A stretch of 63,884 bases of DNA, filler included, from Vannella sp. (lineage: Eukaryota), in NCBI GenBank assembly GCA_023345925.1. It is 7 parts of 7 records of this genome, joined end to end, with 100 filler letters (N's around TTAATTAATTAA, not from the genome) between each part and the next. Parts side by side here need not be neighbours in the genome. Positions count along the whole stretch, not along the records: positions 28,380 to 48,163 come from JAJQQN010001071.1; positions 48,264 to 53,643 come from JAJQQN010000731.1; 5 more parts are not named here. The stretch is one strand, 5' to 3'. Within the stretch, counting starts at the first letter, position 1, and every line of letters begins with the position of its first letter. A program made the translations under genes and the position numbers. Below are positions 37,308 through 49,822 of this stretch, one piece after another. The notes beneath the pieces were generated by a model. The model saw only the letters and a list, made by a program, of their open reading frames with translations. It did not search any database and had not been told where the DNA came from.

Positions 37308-37915
37308 ATGAGTGATCAAGTTAAGGCGGAAAAGCGAGATCTCGAGTCAAGTGACGGGGCTCCTGTCGCCAAAAAGCGTGCGCTTGAGTCAAGCACTGGG
37401 GAGACTTTGGCAGAGAATATCATGTGAGGGGGATCCTTAGAGTTAAAATTGAGCAAATCGTTCTCAGTATTTCAGTCGCCGACTTCCAAGAAGCTGCCCC
37501 GAGGGTCCTACCTCGAGCCGAAACTCCCATCCGGAAGGAGACAACCTTCCTGCGGAAACATGAATCGTTATGGTTTTTCTCGCTTGGATATGGGGACCAA
37601 TTAACGTTTGTTAATGTCTACGAAACCCGAGAGGAAGCAGCGGACGACTACCTTACAACATTTCGAGAGGTGTTTCACGACTACTTGGACGTTTTCTTTG
37701 AACTGGAGGAAGAGGAAGATTGGAAACCATGTCTGGAAGACTTAGATTTCGAGGATGCCCTTTCTTTTGTTAGCAATGACTCGGACAAGATTGAACGCCA
37801 TTTCACAAATTGGAAGCGTAGGCCAGAGTTTAACTTTGGGCCCTTAACGATCAGTCAGCGCCCTCACATGAGAAAAAGGCCGCCAAAAAATGCTGCATCA
37901 GCAAAGGATTGGTAG
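37308..37915 (+). CDS. Hypothetical protein (one intron, acidic middle, basic ends)
   Basis: ATG 37308; an intron starting near 37424 joins it to the 163-aa ORF. Confidence 0.5.
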
Positions 37916-38522
37916 GAGCAGCAAAAATGGATTACATGCAATCTTCCTTTCTTCATCTTTCCATCCTTCCATCACTATCTTGAGACGTCTGATCCTGTTT
38001 GTGTGTCTTCCCTGATAACATTAAGTCCACATGAAATTCTTGCGTAGAACTTCTTGCTTCTCAATGTACGGAGAGAAGTCTGGGATGAAAGAGAAGAACC
38101 TGAGTTAGTTGCTCATAATGTTTGCTGAAAGGGCAGAGAGAGAAACTATCGAATCAGATACTTTGATGAGTGGAAGGAGTGAGGAAGAGGGAGAATGATT
38201 AACAGCTGAGGTGATGAGAAAGAATGCAGCCATTTCCTCAGGAGTTTCGCAGTCGCACGAAGCACAATCGTTGTCCTTAGTAGGGTAGCTTGCCTTCCTG
38301 GGGCATAAAGGGCAACAATCTCTTGTGATCGATTTGGCAAGTGGCTTAACAGAGACTCGAGAAAAGAGGAATGAGCATTACAAAAGGCTGCAAAGGTCGG
38401 AAAGAGGAACAGCAGGAGCAGCTGAAAGCTCTTAATGAGGAGGTTGGGGCAACAAAAGGAAAGAGTGGGGCGCCAAAAGCATTCAGATGAATTTTATCTC
38501 CTTGGAGAGTCCTTACAAAAGG

Positions 38523-41500
38523 TTAGAACTCAAACGCAGGGCGTCCACAAGCCCCGAGGATCACATCAGCGGTAATAGGGCAGTTGAGGAAGAGGAATTC
38601 GCTCTCGTCCACTTGGTTTTCTTGACGAGCGGCAAGAATCGCCTGGCGGATAGCTAATCCGACTGAATTGGCTAGCACAAGGGGAGGCTCTCCAGATGCC
38701 TTGCTACTCAGGAAACCCTTCGCATAGGGAGAATCAGCGAGCAACTCCAGGTGGAAAATCTGCGGGACATCGCGGAAACAAGGGGGCTTGTACTCCCAAG
38801 TGCCATCATTGATGAGCTTACCTTCCTCAGTGAAATGGACTTCCTCACGGAGTAGATGGCCCACTCCCATCACGAAGGCTCCTTCAGCTTGGCCAATGTC
38901 AATGGCAGGGTTGAGAGACTTTGCACAGTCGTAAAGCATGTATGATTGAAGAATTTCAACTTCTCCAGTCATCATGTCCAGCTCCACCATGCTCAAGCAC
39001 CCACCAAAGTTCTGGTATTTCAGTCCCCCAACACCAGAACCAATGGCGCTCAAGTTAGCAATGTAGGAACCCATGGCACAGATTTCCCTCCAAGTGATGC
39101 TCTGCGGATCTTCTCCCTTCTCCTCCTTTTCCTTCACTTTGCGGTCGAGGATAGGTCTCAAAGACTTCAATAGCTCGAAGCAAGCAGCTTGTGCAGCTTG
39201 GCAGGAAGCCTCTGAGCTTGTCGAACCTCCTGTAACGGTCACGTTGGGGAGGGAGTGAGAATCCATCTCAGCAACTCGGATAAGGTCCAGATCAAGAGGA
39301 CGATAAGGAGTAAAGAGAGTTCCCAGAGCTTGAGCCGTTGCTTGGATGACTTTTGTGTCAGCGCCCTGACCAATATCCGAAGTCCCATGATGCACAATAA
39401 CGGATCCATCTCCATTGATGTTGACTAGAGCATGGCGAGCCATCACGCCCACCTCATATCGAACAGGAGCTTTGGCAATTCCCCGTTTCTTCCAGCGGTT
39501 GGACTTGTTAAATTCCTCCACTTCAGCTCGGAGTTGAACTTCATGAGCTTTCTCTTCGATCTCCTTGAAGATCTTTGGAATAGTGAAGTGGTCCATCTTG
39601 TTGCCAGAAGGCAGAGTGACATTACCAGCCAGGACTTCATTCTCATCAAAGAAATTCAGTTCTCGGACTTTGTCCACTGGCGCTCCTGTTGCATGAGCGA
39701 TTTGCTCTAGGATAGTCTCCATACACCAAGAGCTGGTAAGTTCAGAAGGTGCTCGTACAGCAGTTCGGGGAGCCTGGTTGGTTTTCCACAGTTGAGCCTC
39801 CAGATGATACACGGGGAGGTTGTAGGTTTGAGAGAACGAGTCGATGAAAGCAGTGACAGAGAATGGACTGATGTCCTTTTGACTTCCACCAGCCAAGTCA
39901 GCTTTCATCTTCAGAGCAAGAATCTTCCCTTGTTCGTCAATTCCAACAGTGTACTCGCAAACGATTTCCTGGCGACCTCCAACGAGTCTCATATCGGCGT
40001 TGCGATTAAGAATCAAGCGAACCTGGCGCCCAACTTTGTGGGCAGCGACAGCTGCAGCACAGGCTACCAAGGTGGGGTGAGTCAACTTGCCACCAAAGCC
40101 TCCTCCACAGCGCCGGTTGATAAGGCGGACTTTGTTGATTGGGATTCCGAGGGCAGTAGAGACTGCCCCATTGACTCCTCTGGGCCATTGGTTGGAAGAT
40201 TGGACAACAAAAGTTCCATCCTCGTCCACACGAACATCGCAAGACTGGGGCTCCATGTAGAAGTGCTGCTGAGAACCCAAGAAGACAGTGCCAGTAAGAG
40301 TGCGACTGGAGGAAGCAAGCGAAGCATCCACGTCCCCACTCTTCCGGCTTCCACTTACTCCACCAAAGTCGAAGCCAGTCTCCCCCTTAGCCTGTGCAGA
40401 GGAGAGAATGGGCTTCTCCTTGGCTCCATAGGTAACTTTGACCAGTTTAGCAGCCGCTTCAGCGTGTCGTTGGGTGTCAGCAACAATCAACGCGATTGCT
40501 TGCCCATGGAAGTTGACTTCGCTATCAGCAAAGAACGGATAAATTTCCCCAGTAGGGCTGCAGTTGTTGTTGCCGGGGATATCAGAGGAACTGACAAAGT
40601 CCACAACTCCAGGGGACAGAAGGGCGTCGGAAAAGTCAATGCTCGTGATTTTGGCCCTGGCGTGCTCACTGGTGACGAACGCACCAAACACTGTCTCACC
40701 GTTGCAAGGGAGATCATCAACAAAAACTGCGTTTCCAGCTGCAAGGCAGGGTCCTGTTGTCTTGGGGATTGCCTCACTAACAGGGAAATGGGTTTCAGGG
40801 AAGGAGTAAATCTGGGTAGCTTTGCTTGTGGGCCGGGTTTTGAAAAAGTCATCCGCTCCTGATTGCAGTCGAGATGATGAAGGGGTAATCGACAACAGGA
40901 ACTTGTAGAGGAAAGATACAACGAGCTGCTCCCTTGTTTCCCTTTTCTCCTCCCCTTGGACCGGAACCTCCTTCCGGAGGATCTCCAAGGCCTCTTGGAG
41001 AACTGGAGTGGTGAGTTCTTTGTTCAAGAGGAAGGCGGCCGTCTTTTTGGCCAACAAAGCATGTGATCCCCGCACATCACTTTCTTGCACACCTCCAAAG
41101 GCAAGAGTGGCGTCGGTTATCACATTGCCTTCGCGAGTCACTAAGAAAGCTGCATTGATCCAAGCGTGGCTGTTCACTGGTCGAACTGCTGTCTTGTAGG
41201 AGTTGAAGGCCTGGTTCTCCTTCAAGAAGGGAATGTTCACAGCCCGCAAGATCTCATCATTCCAATCAGGAGAGGCCAAAAAGTCCTCAACACTGCAAAT
41301 CCGAGTCTGAGTCGCTGACTGCATTGTCAAAGTAGCTCGAGCACCCAAAAGGATGGTTGCTAGATCCGAGAGGAAGCCCTGAGACTTTGCCATTGCCAAG
41401 TTTCCCGCCACAGAGCCAGAGTTGCGAACGTGAGTGTTGGCGATTCTTTCCAGATGGAAGACAAATGCAACCAAGAACTTGCCCTATGTCCAAAATGTTC

Positions 41501-42701
41501 GTTAGAACTGTAGCTGGTCCACCAGGCACCTCCATGCTAGTTTTTTCACTCACATTGGCACTCTCAGGAGTGGATTTGGTCTTGGCCTCTTCAAAGAGAG
41601 CGATGAGATGAGACACTGACAAGGATGCTCCCACGGTGATGCTATCAGTAGCAAGAGTGGACTCCTGGAGCTCTGGAAGATGTTGGACATCAATCAGGAG
41701 CGTGGAGATGTCGTTCTTGTAAATTCCTAAAGATGTGTTGCCCACAACCAAACGGGAGTCTTCTGCAAGTTAGGTCAGATAGGGAGAGAGAAAGGCAACT
41801 TACTTGGTGTCTTGAGGAGCTCAAAGACCTCTTCTAGCTTACTAGGACGAATCCAAGTCAATCCATCCTTCTCGAATGTGACTCCTTGGCTCTCCACCTG
41901 GCTCCCACTTCAGATGACATCAAAGAACACACATTTCTTACGTTTCTTGTCACAAGAAACTCTGGGAAAGCGGCCTCCTGCGGCTTGCAAGAGGAATAGG
42001 GAGCGCAGGACGACTTCTTGCACACCAAATCCTCGATGTCTCCTCCCTCAGTCAAGGACTTGCATGCATCAAGAATAGGTCTATCCATAGAAGATGAGAA
42101 ATGGCCCATTCAACACGACAGAGAGCCTCACCTGTACCCAGTACAACGGCAAATGTTGCCATCGAAGATCTTCTCGATGTTCTCGGGAGTGATTTGTCCC
42201 TGGAACGCGTTGGAGAGTGAGGAGGGGCTTACGATAGTGGTCTGGCTTACTTTGCTTTGGGTGAGGGCTGAGTAGGCGGTCATGACCATACCAGGGGTGC
42301 AGAACCCACACTGGAGGCTGTACAGAGGGATGAGAAGGTCGAGATCAAGTTCGGAGGGGGACTAACCCGTTGAAGTCGGCAAGACGTTGTTGGATCGGAT
42401 GATATCCTGCTTTTGGGCCACCCAGACCTTCTGTGGTGGTGACAGACCATCCGTCCATGGAAGCAAGAGGGCGGAGGCATGAGTTCACCGACATATGGAC
42501 CACCTCTCCCGTGATTGGGTCGGTACGAGCGATATCAACCGCACAGGCACCACAGCCACCTTCCCCACAGCTCAACTTGGTCCCCGAGAACTTCGTTTGA
42601 CGACGAATGAAGTCATTCAAGGTGACAGAGGGGTCCACCTGCCCAGCAGGCAAGCTAACTTTCTCTCCGTTCAGGGCAAACAGGAGCTCCAACGCGGCCA
42701 T
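38523..42701 (-). CDS. Molybdo-flavoenzyme of the xanthine oxidoreductase family, aldehyde-oxidase type, spliced
   Basis: [69 protein letters not shown]. Confidence 0.93.
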
Positions 42702-42849
42702 CAGAAACGGTTGGGAATGATGCCCATTATTGGAAAATAATTATGGAGATCGTTATTGGACAATTATTATTAGGGCCGTGTGAACGGGTTAACTGATTGA
42801 TGTTCAACGTCTTCCAGAGTGAACCATTCCTTGCTATTCACGCGACCTG

Positions 42850-43302
42850 ATGGATGATCGCGCAGTGATGTTGTTTGATGGCGAGTGCAACGTGTGCAGC
42901 GGTTCTGTCAACTTTCTTTTGAGGTATGACACCCAAGGGAAGCTACTGTTTGCGTCACAGCAGTCTGCCGTCGGGGAGGAGTTCATGAGGCATCATGGGA
43001 TCGTTACCAACCTTGATACGATGGCGATGGTGCATCAAGGGAAGGTCTACCTGCATTCAACTGCATTCATACGCACAGTTGCTCACATGGGCGGACTTTG
43101 GCGTCTTGTACTTCTGTTTCTTCTCGTTCCCCTCTGCATCAGAGACTTCTTCTATTCCCAATTCGCCCGCAATCGGTACCGCCTCTTCGGGCGCAGGGAA
43201 GACACTTGTCGCATGCTCACACCTGACATCAAGCGTCGTTTCCTTCAATACAACGAACAAGCCCTCCAAGAACTCCTTCAAACCCCAGCCAAAGATGACT
43301 GA
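42850..43302 (+). CDS. DCC1-like thiol-disulfide oxidoreductase (DUF393), copy 2
   Basis: LFDGECNVC; close paralog of 36485-36931. Confidence 0.9.
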   Translation: MDDRAVMLFDGECNVCSGSVNFLLRYDTQGKLLFASQQSAVGEEFMRHHGIVTNLDTMAMVHQGKVYLHSTAFIRTVAHMGGLWRLVLLFLLVPLCIRDFFYSQFARNRYRLFGRREDTCRMLTPDIKRRFLQYNEQALQELLQTPAKDD

Positions 43303-43304
43303 CC

Positions 43305-43321
43305 TAGGGTTTAGGGTTTAG
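43305..43321 (+). repeat. Short interstitial telomere-type repeat TAGGGTTTAGGGTTTAG
   Basis: Starts 2 nt after the DCC copy 2 stop codon. Confidence 0.6.
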
Positions 43322-43417
43322 TTCATTCGGAAGCCTCGAATCAGGGTATTGACTTCACTCCTAACAGATCTATTAATCCAACAATCAGTAATATCATTTT
43401 TTTTGTCTTCGTTGGGG

Positions 43418-46400
43418 ATGGCGGAGCCTGGCAGTTTGGTTGGCTCCTCCTCTGAAGGACTGGAAGGGGTCTAATTGGTGAAATAGGGGGCACAAGTGAA
43501 CCGGTCTTCTCTGATGAACATCCCAGCTAAAGGAGAGACGCCTAAGGACATTCTAGAAGGCTTTCTGGGGAAGCAGGGTGCCAAGGGGATCTCTAAGTCC
43601 TACCAGCGAAGGTACTTTCGCCTGACGACCAGGGAGGAACTTCACTACTACAAGACAGATAAGACTCCTATCACAAAGTCGCAGGGCTTCATCGACCTGA
43701 CGAAGGTTCTCTCTGTTGAGAGAGGCTCTGATGTGATGAAGCGCAGTACTTGGATTCGCGGGGATCCCGCTGCTACGTTTAACTACTTCTTCGACATCAT
43801 TACGGATGAGAGAACCTATCACGTCGCTGCATCAACGGAGGCGGAACAATTACAATGGATTGATGCCATCAGCCAGGCCGTCCACGCTCTTCGTCCTTTG
43901 GCGGAGGGGCAATCTCCCATTGCTCGTTTCATGCCTAAGGATGCGAGTGAGAGTCGATCGGAGCGGATTGCGAGCACTCGCCAGAGCTTTGAGAACCAAA
44001 ACGAAGCAGAAGTGACAGAGGACGATCTGGAAGCAGAAGAGACCGTCTCTGAAGAGATACACTTGGATGTCGAGAAGAAGTTCACCTTAGAGGAAGCCAT
44101 GAAGCTCCTTCAAGACACGGACGACCTGTACGCGCTCCCTTCCCCTTCATTTAGCCCTTCCTAATCATGCTGTTGGCCGTTTTAGCCTAGAATCTGAGAA
44201 GAGTCAACGAAACGCTGTTCAGAACGGGCCTACTGAGGAGCAGCTGTTGAGTTCCTCGTACGAAGTCAAGTCGAACGATGTGGGACTCTTTGAGCAACAG
44301 GCCTCCTTCGCTGAGACCTTTGCCAAACTCTCCAGAGAGGAGTCTCAGATTGTAGCACAGATACTGGTCATCTCCAGTGGAGAGAACGGGGCTCGAGGGG
44401 TTCGGGAGCAGAACAGACAGAGGCAGGAAGAGTTGTTTGGGGCTCTTCAGTCAGCGATGGAGAGGCTCCAAGAAGACGTGAACCTTTCTGAGCAAGTCTC
44501 ATCAGGCAAGAATATGCAAGCTCTCTTGGAACAGTCCAAAGAACTTAAAACGCACATCTCAGAAGGAGTAATGGAAGCTACTCAGATGGTACTGCAACTC
44601 ACTTCCATTGAAAAGCAACTGGAAGCTCTTCCAGCAACGGACGAGTTTGGAAGAGACTCCTTCGCCCAATACCGGAGCTTAGAAGTTCGTCAACGTGTCG
44701 TCAAGGAGGGATTGGAAGCAATGCGATTAGCAGAAGCTCCAGCAGATGAGATCGCACACTTAGAAGTTGAACTGGAATCCATTGAGTCGGAGATTCACGA
44801 GTTTGGGAGTCCACCAGTCGCTGAAGCCGAGATAGATCAATCTGCTCGGTCCCGTCTTACTCAACAACTCGCAGAAGTCCGTGAGAGAACACTTGAACTC
44901 AATGTGGAGATGGAATTGAAGAAAGCTGCTTTAAAGAGGGTCCAAAAGCATATTGGTTGGCTCTCTTCTGCTCAACGCATTTCAATGCGTTCGACGGGTG
45001 GTGAAACTAATACCCTCGCACCCAATACCCTCAGTCCTTTCCTTTCCTCATCTTGCCTCGCGGTTATTGAAGCTGGAGAACAATACCAAGACCTCCTTGC
45101 CAACACGAAGACCTCTTCCAACATGGAGGGCTTGGCAGAACTCTTTGCTAAGCGAAAAGATATCCTCCAGTGGCGTATGGTTCTCGTAGATAAGCTGTAC
45201 TCTGCTTGTGCACTGACCAACTCTTCATTGACTGATCACCTGAAAGACACAGCCCCTCAGGTCATCCCCAAAGTACCTTTAAGCTCGATATTTAGAACTG
45301 CTGAACGAGAAGCTTCCGCTGCTAATGAGAGAGAATCGCTCGCCAAGTCAGTGGCTGCCATGGAAAAGATGGTACAAAACCGCGACGAACAGATTCAGTC
45401 CCTGAAAGACCAGCTTTCTGCTCATGCTGAAGGGCTAGAATCCCGCCAAATCCAAAATGAAGAATTCTCTAAGACAGCTTCTGCTCAAGAAGAGGCTATT
45501 CAGCAACTGAAGGAGACTATTGTCTCTCTGCAAGAACAACTTACATCGTCTGACCTACAACGAGAGGTTTATGAAGCCGCGCTCACAGAAAAAGAGAAAC
45601 TTGCCCAAGTAGTTGCTTCCCTGGAGGCGCAGACCCTAATTAGTGAGGAGGAGAATGAGTCTCTCAGGGCCCAACTTCGCCATTTAACTCAAGAAAAGGA
45701 AAGCTCCCTTCAAACTCATGACCAAGAGAGAGGGCATCTTACAGAATCTTTTGCGGCCTCTCAGCTTGCCATTCAGAAGCAAGAAGATGAGATCGCCTCA
45801 CTCAAGGAATTAGTAGAGAGCGCAAAGCAAGAAGGGGATTCCACTGCTCAATCCTACGCAGTTGAGAGAGAGCAGCTTCTCAGTGCCGCGTCAGATTACC
45901 GAGAGAAGGCTGAGATCTTCTCGGCACAGATTGTAGAACTGAAGCAGCAACTGCAGAATGTCGACAGCGAGAAAGAAAAACTCGCTCAGTCTCACTTAAT
46001 AGAACGCAGTGTTCTTCTCTCCTCCTCTTCGTCGCACGAAGAAACAATTCAGAGCCGTGACGAAGACCTTAAGAACCTCAAGGAGCAACTCCAAAGCGTT
46101 ACCCAAGAGAAGGAACAATCCACCCAGACTCTGTCAGCCGAGTGTGAGGAGCTTCGCCGTTCGATTGATTTGATGAATCAACAGCAACGTGGCTTGGAAG
46201 ACAATATTCAATCTCTTCAAGATCAACTCAGTAGCACAGAGACCGAGAAAGAAGCCAGCAACCAGATTCAATTGAAGGCACAGGAAGACCATACAAAATT
46301 GAAAGAATCTCAGGAGAGTGCAATTGAAAGTCTACAAGAAGAACTTGACTCTCTGAGGCAACAACTTCACATTTCTGCTCAAGAGACACGCGCTCTCACT

Positions 46401-48047
46401 CAATCGAATCAAACCCAGCTCGAGGACAATTTGCGCTTTAAAGATTCGCTTGAGAAGACAATCCTGTGTTGCGAGGAGGAAATAGAGGCTCTCAAGCAGC
46501 AACTCAGTGTTACTGAACTCGAAAAAGAGAGCCTCGCTCAACGCCAATTGCAAGAAAATGAAGAACACACTCAACTCGTTGCCAGCCTGCGGACAGAAAC
46601 TCAAGTTCTGACAGAAAAAGCCGAGAGTCTTCAAGAGCGTCTCCAATCTGCCATCCAAGAGAGAGCAGAGACTCAACTTGCTCACTCAAATGAACGAGAC
46701 CAGCTCATTAAATCAGTGGCTGCTCATGAGAGTCTTCTCCAAAGCCGGAGTGAAGAAGCCGAATCAGTCAAGAGGCAAATCAGTGCTACTGAAAATCAGG
46801 AAGAAATAGCCCTACAGTCCCTCTCCAACGAGCGAGAGGAACTTGTCAAGTCAGTCTCTGCTCATCAGAAACTCATTGAAAGCCGGGATGCTGAGATTGA
46901 GTCCCTCAAGAAGAACCTTCAAATCACTGAGGAGGAGAAAGAATCGACTCAAAACCAACTTATCTCGTTGCAAGAGCTTTCCAATTCATCTTCAGAAACA
47001 ATCCAACGTTTGACCGCAGATATTGAAGCTCTCCAGGCTGGTTTTGAGACATCCAAAGAGCAAATAAGAGCAGCTGGACGACAAGATATGGCCAAGCTTT
47101 CTTCACAAGTAGAAGAGCTGCAAATTGAGCTCGCCCGCTCTTCCCAGGAGTCCGAGTCCCTTCAAATCCGATCACGGAATGCTGAAGAAGCCCTCTCACC
47201 TAGAGAGTCCAGTGTAGAGACGGGGCAACGTCCACTCGAGGGTTTGGTGAGTTCCCTAGAAGTGGAACTTTCTGAGCGAGAAGCAGAGCTTGTTGGAATC
47301 ACAGAAAAGCTGCGCTCTATCGAAGAGAAACATGATTTACTGCGAAGCGACTCGGCCAGCAGTAAACAGCTCATTCGTCAACTCCAAGACGAGATGAAAG
47401 CCAAAGATTTGGTGATTATGAGCTTGCAAGAGCAACCAAAAGGTTCTCCTCTCCGAATGGATGACCCAAGGGCCCTCATTGCCCGCTTAAAGTCTGCCAA
47501 TCTCGCCCATCAGACTCAGAATGCAGAATTGACTCAAGAAGTAAGTCCATTCCTCGTTTCAGAGCACATTCTCACCTTTCCTGGAGCTCCATCGGCTTCT
47601 AGACCACTACCAGAACAGACTAGAAGCTAAAGATAAGGTTATTGAGTCACTTGAGACCCAGCTGGACACCCTCCGCGAGAAGTTCCGCCATCTGCGGAAG
47701 GAATCCCTGACCAAAGTGAGTTCCATTGCGAGATGAAAGGACATTCAGTGACTTTTTCTGCTCTCTAGCAAGGAGGAGTCGATGAAGACGCCCTTGAAAC
47801 AGCAGATAGAGTCAAACAAGAGTACTTCTACAGCATGGCGTTGGGTATGAAGCTCGAGTATGCCTCTCGAGGCTCTCCCGTAAACATCAATGTTGGGGAG
47901 CTCTTCCGAGAAGCCTCGACCACCGTACCTGTGGAGCAGTGGAACCGCTGGCTCACCCAAATGATAGAATCAGAGCTCAGTGGAGGTGAGAGAAGGGCAG
48001 GAGAGGAAGGAGTGCCTAACACAACCACAGACTCAAAAGGGAGGTAA
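43418..48047 (+). CDS. PH-domain protein with very long coiled coil and small C-terminal helical domain, spliced
   Basis: LEGFLGKQG...YQRRYFRL...QWIDAI (PH), more than 1000 aa heptad-rich region, terminal EYFYSMALGMKL...QWNRWL exon. Confidence 0.85.
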
Positions 48048-48163
48048 ACGCATCTATTGATGACCCTGGAACACTTAAAGGTTGTTGGGAGTCATCTCTC
48101 CGGTGAAGGTGGGGTCGTAGATCGCATTGAGAGTGTATCCCAACCGCAAACCAGCCTTCGCCA

Positions 48164-48263
48164 NNNNNNNNNNNNNNNNNNNNNNNNNNNNNNNNNNNNN
48201 NNNNNNNTTAATTAATTAANNNNNNNNNNNNNNNNNNNNNNNNNNNNNNNNNNNNNNNNNNNN
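48164..48263. other. Artificial contig spacer
   Basis: N44-TTAATTAATTAA-N44. Confidence 0.99.
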
Positions 48264-48277
48264 TGTTCACTTTTTGG

Positions 48278-49663
48278 ATGTGGCGGAGAGGAGTTGGTGG
48301 TGTGAGGTTGGGTTGGCCACCAGGGCGTGGGTATCGTGTAAGTGCAGTGGTTAGGAGTACCATTCCTATCATGGCGCGGCACATTGCATCGAATGAGTTC
48401 CCTGAAGCATTGGCCGTCTACGGCTCCTTGAAGGAGAGGGGCGTGCCACTCTCTGTGGTGGATTTCAACGCTCTGATTCGGTCCGCTTCTGATAGCAAGT
48501 TCCACTCAGATGCAGAGGCCCTCTGGGAAGATATGAAAGCAGCTGGAGTTGCTCCTGACGGCAAGACAATGAGCCTTCTCATGTCGAACTTCTGCAAGTC
48601 GCACCAGTTCGAGAAGGCCATTCAACTGCACAAGGGGCTACCCCAATACAACATCCCAGATGATCGTGTGCTCAAATCGATTGCTTTGAGCGCGTACACG
48701 GCCTTGGGTCGACCTGAGTCTGATGCTCTCCTCTCCCAGTTGAGAGGAAACGCCAATATGGACAGCTACTCGAATGACGGACTGCTACGAGGGTACACCA
48801 TTCAAGGAGACTTCCAAAAGGCCGAAGGAACATTGGATAAGATGATCAAGGAGGGCCAAACTCCTTCCATTCACCTCTGGAACCGCCTCATTCGGTCTCT
48901 CTGCTTTGATCACAAGCTTGATCAGGCGATTAAGATACTCCCCAAGATGAAGAAGAGCGGATTCAACCCGGATTTAACCATCTTCCAGATGCTCTTGAAC
49001 TCTGCGTGCAAAGACAGCCTTCTCGAACGGATCCCACAGATTCTCCAGCTCATGAAAGAGTACAAATGCACTCCGACACGAGAGATCTTCTCGTCTTTGA
49101 TCAAGGAGTTCACCATCAAGCAGGAGCACGCATTCGTAGTCAAAGTGGGGGACTATGTCACTTCCTTCAACATGGAGCTCGATGGCCGGATGTACAGTAA
49201 CCTCATTCAGGCAGCTAGCCGATCAAAACAAGCAGGGAAGGGTCTTGAACTGTATCAGCAGTCCAAGAAAGCAGGCCTGAAACTCCAGCACTTTGCTTTC
49301 CCCGCTCTTTTCAACTGCTGTGTTGAATTGAAGGACTTGGAAGGGATCAAAGGCATCCTCCAAGAGGCTCCAGAGCATGGATTTGTGCCTTCTATTGACA
49401 TTTACAACAAAGCACTTTCAGTGGCCAAGAAAAGGAACTCTATTGACGAGGCTTTTGGCTTTCTTCAGAATATCAGAGATGAGAATCTCCAGCCCTCTGC
49501 AGTGACTTATACGACTCTTATTCAGATTTGCTTTGCTTGCAAGCAACCGGATGAAGTGCAGGAACTCCTCGACCAAATGATGCAAGAAGGAGTCTCTTTG
49601 GACCCCGTCCTTGAGCTCATCCTTAAAAAGAATCATTTCAAGATACCAAAACCAACCAAATGA
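48278..49663 (+). CDS. P-class pentatricopeptide repeat protein, mitochondrial-type presequence
   Basis: 35-aa repeats (FNALIRS...MKAAGVAPD; PSAVTYTTLI), Arg-rich N-terminus. Confidence 0.9.
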   Translation: MWRRGVGGVRLGWPPGRGYRVSAVVRSTIPIMARHIASNEFPEALAVYGSLKERGVPLSVVDFNALIRSASDSKFHSDAEALWEDMKAAGVAPDGKTMSLLMSNFCKSHQFEKAIQLHKGLPQYNIPDDRVLKSIALSAYTALGRPESDALLSQLRGNANMDSYSNDGLLRGYTIQGDFQKAEGTLDKMIKEGQTPSIHLWNRLIRSLCFDHKLDQAIKILPKMKKSGFNPDLTIFQMLLNSACKDSLLERIPQILQLMKEYKCTPTREIFSSLIKEFTIKQEHAFVVKVGDYVTSFNMELDGRMYSNLIQAASRSKQAGKGLELYQQSKKAGLKLQHFAFPALFNCCVELKDLEGIKGILQEAPEHGFVPSIDIYNKALSVAKKRNSIDEAFGFLQNIRDENLQPSAVTYTTLIQICFACKQPDEVQELLDQMMQEGVSLDPVLELILKKNHFKIPKPTK

Positions 49664-49822
49664 CTCTCCCGTGACGACGATCTCCCACTTTGACCAAGTC
49701 ACTTTCCTTCCAATACTGTTCGTCCTCTCCTTCTCTTTCCGAGCGCCTTCTCAGCTAAAGGACAGAAAGAACCTTGATAGAGTGGAGATGAGAGGTGGAA
49801 AGAGTGGTTTTACCAGTTTCTG

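Noticed and set aside
37920..38500. Possible degenerate Cys-containing gene on the minus strand
   Set aside because: No continuous frame or splice model that I can support
39792..40862. Long antisense ORFs (356 aa here; also 3640-4395 and 18187-18948)
   Set aside because: Shadows of codon-biased genes on the opposite strand, with no motifs
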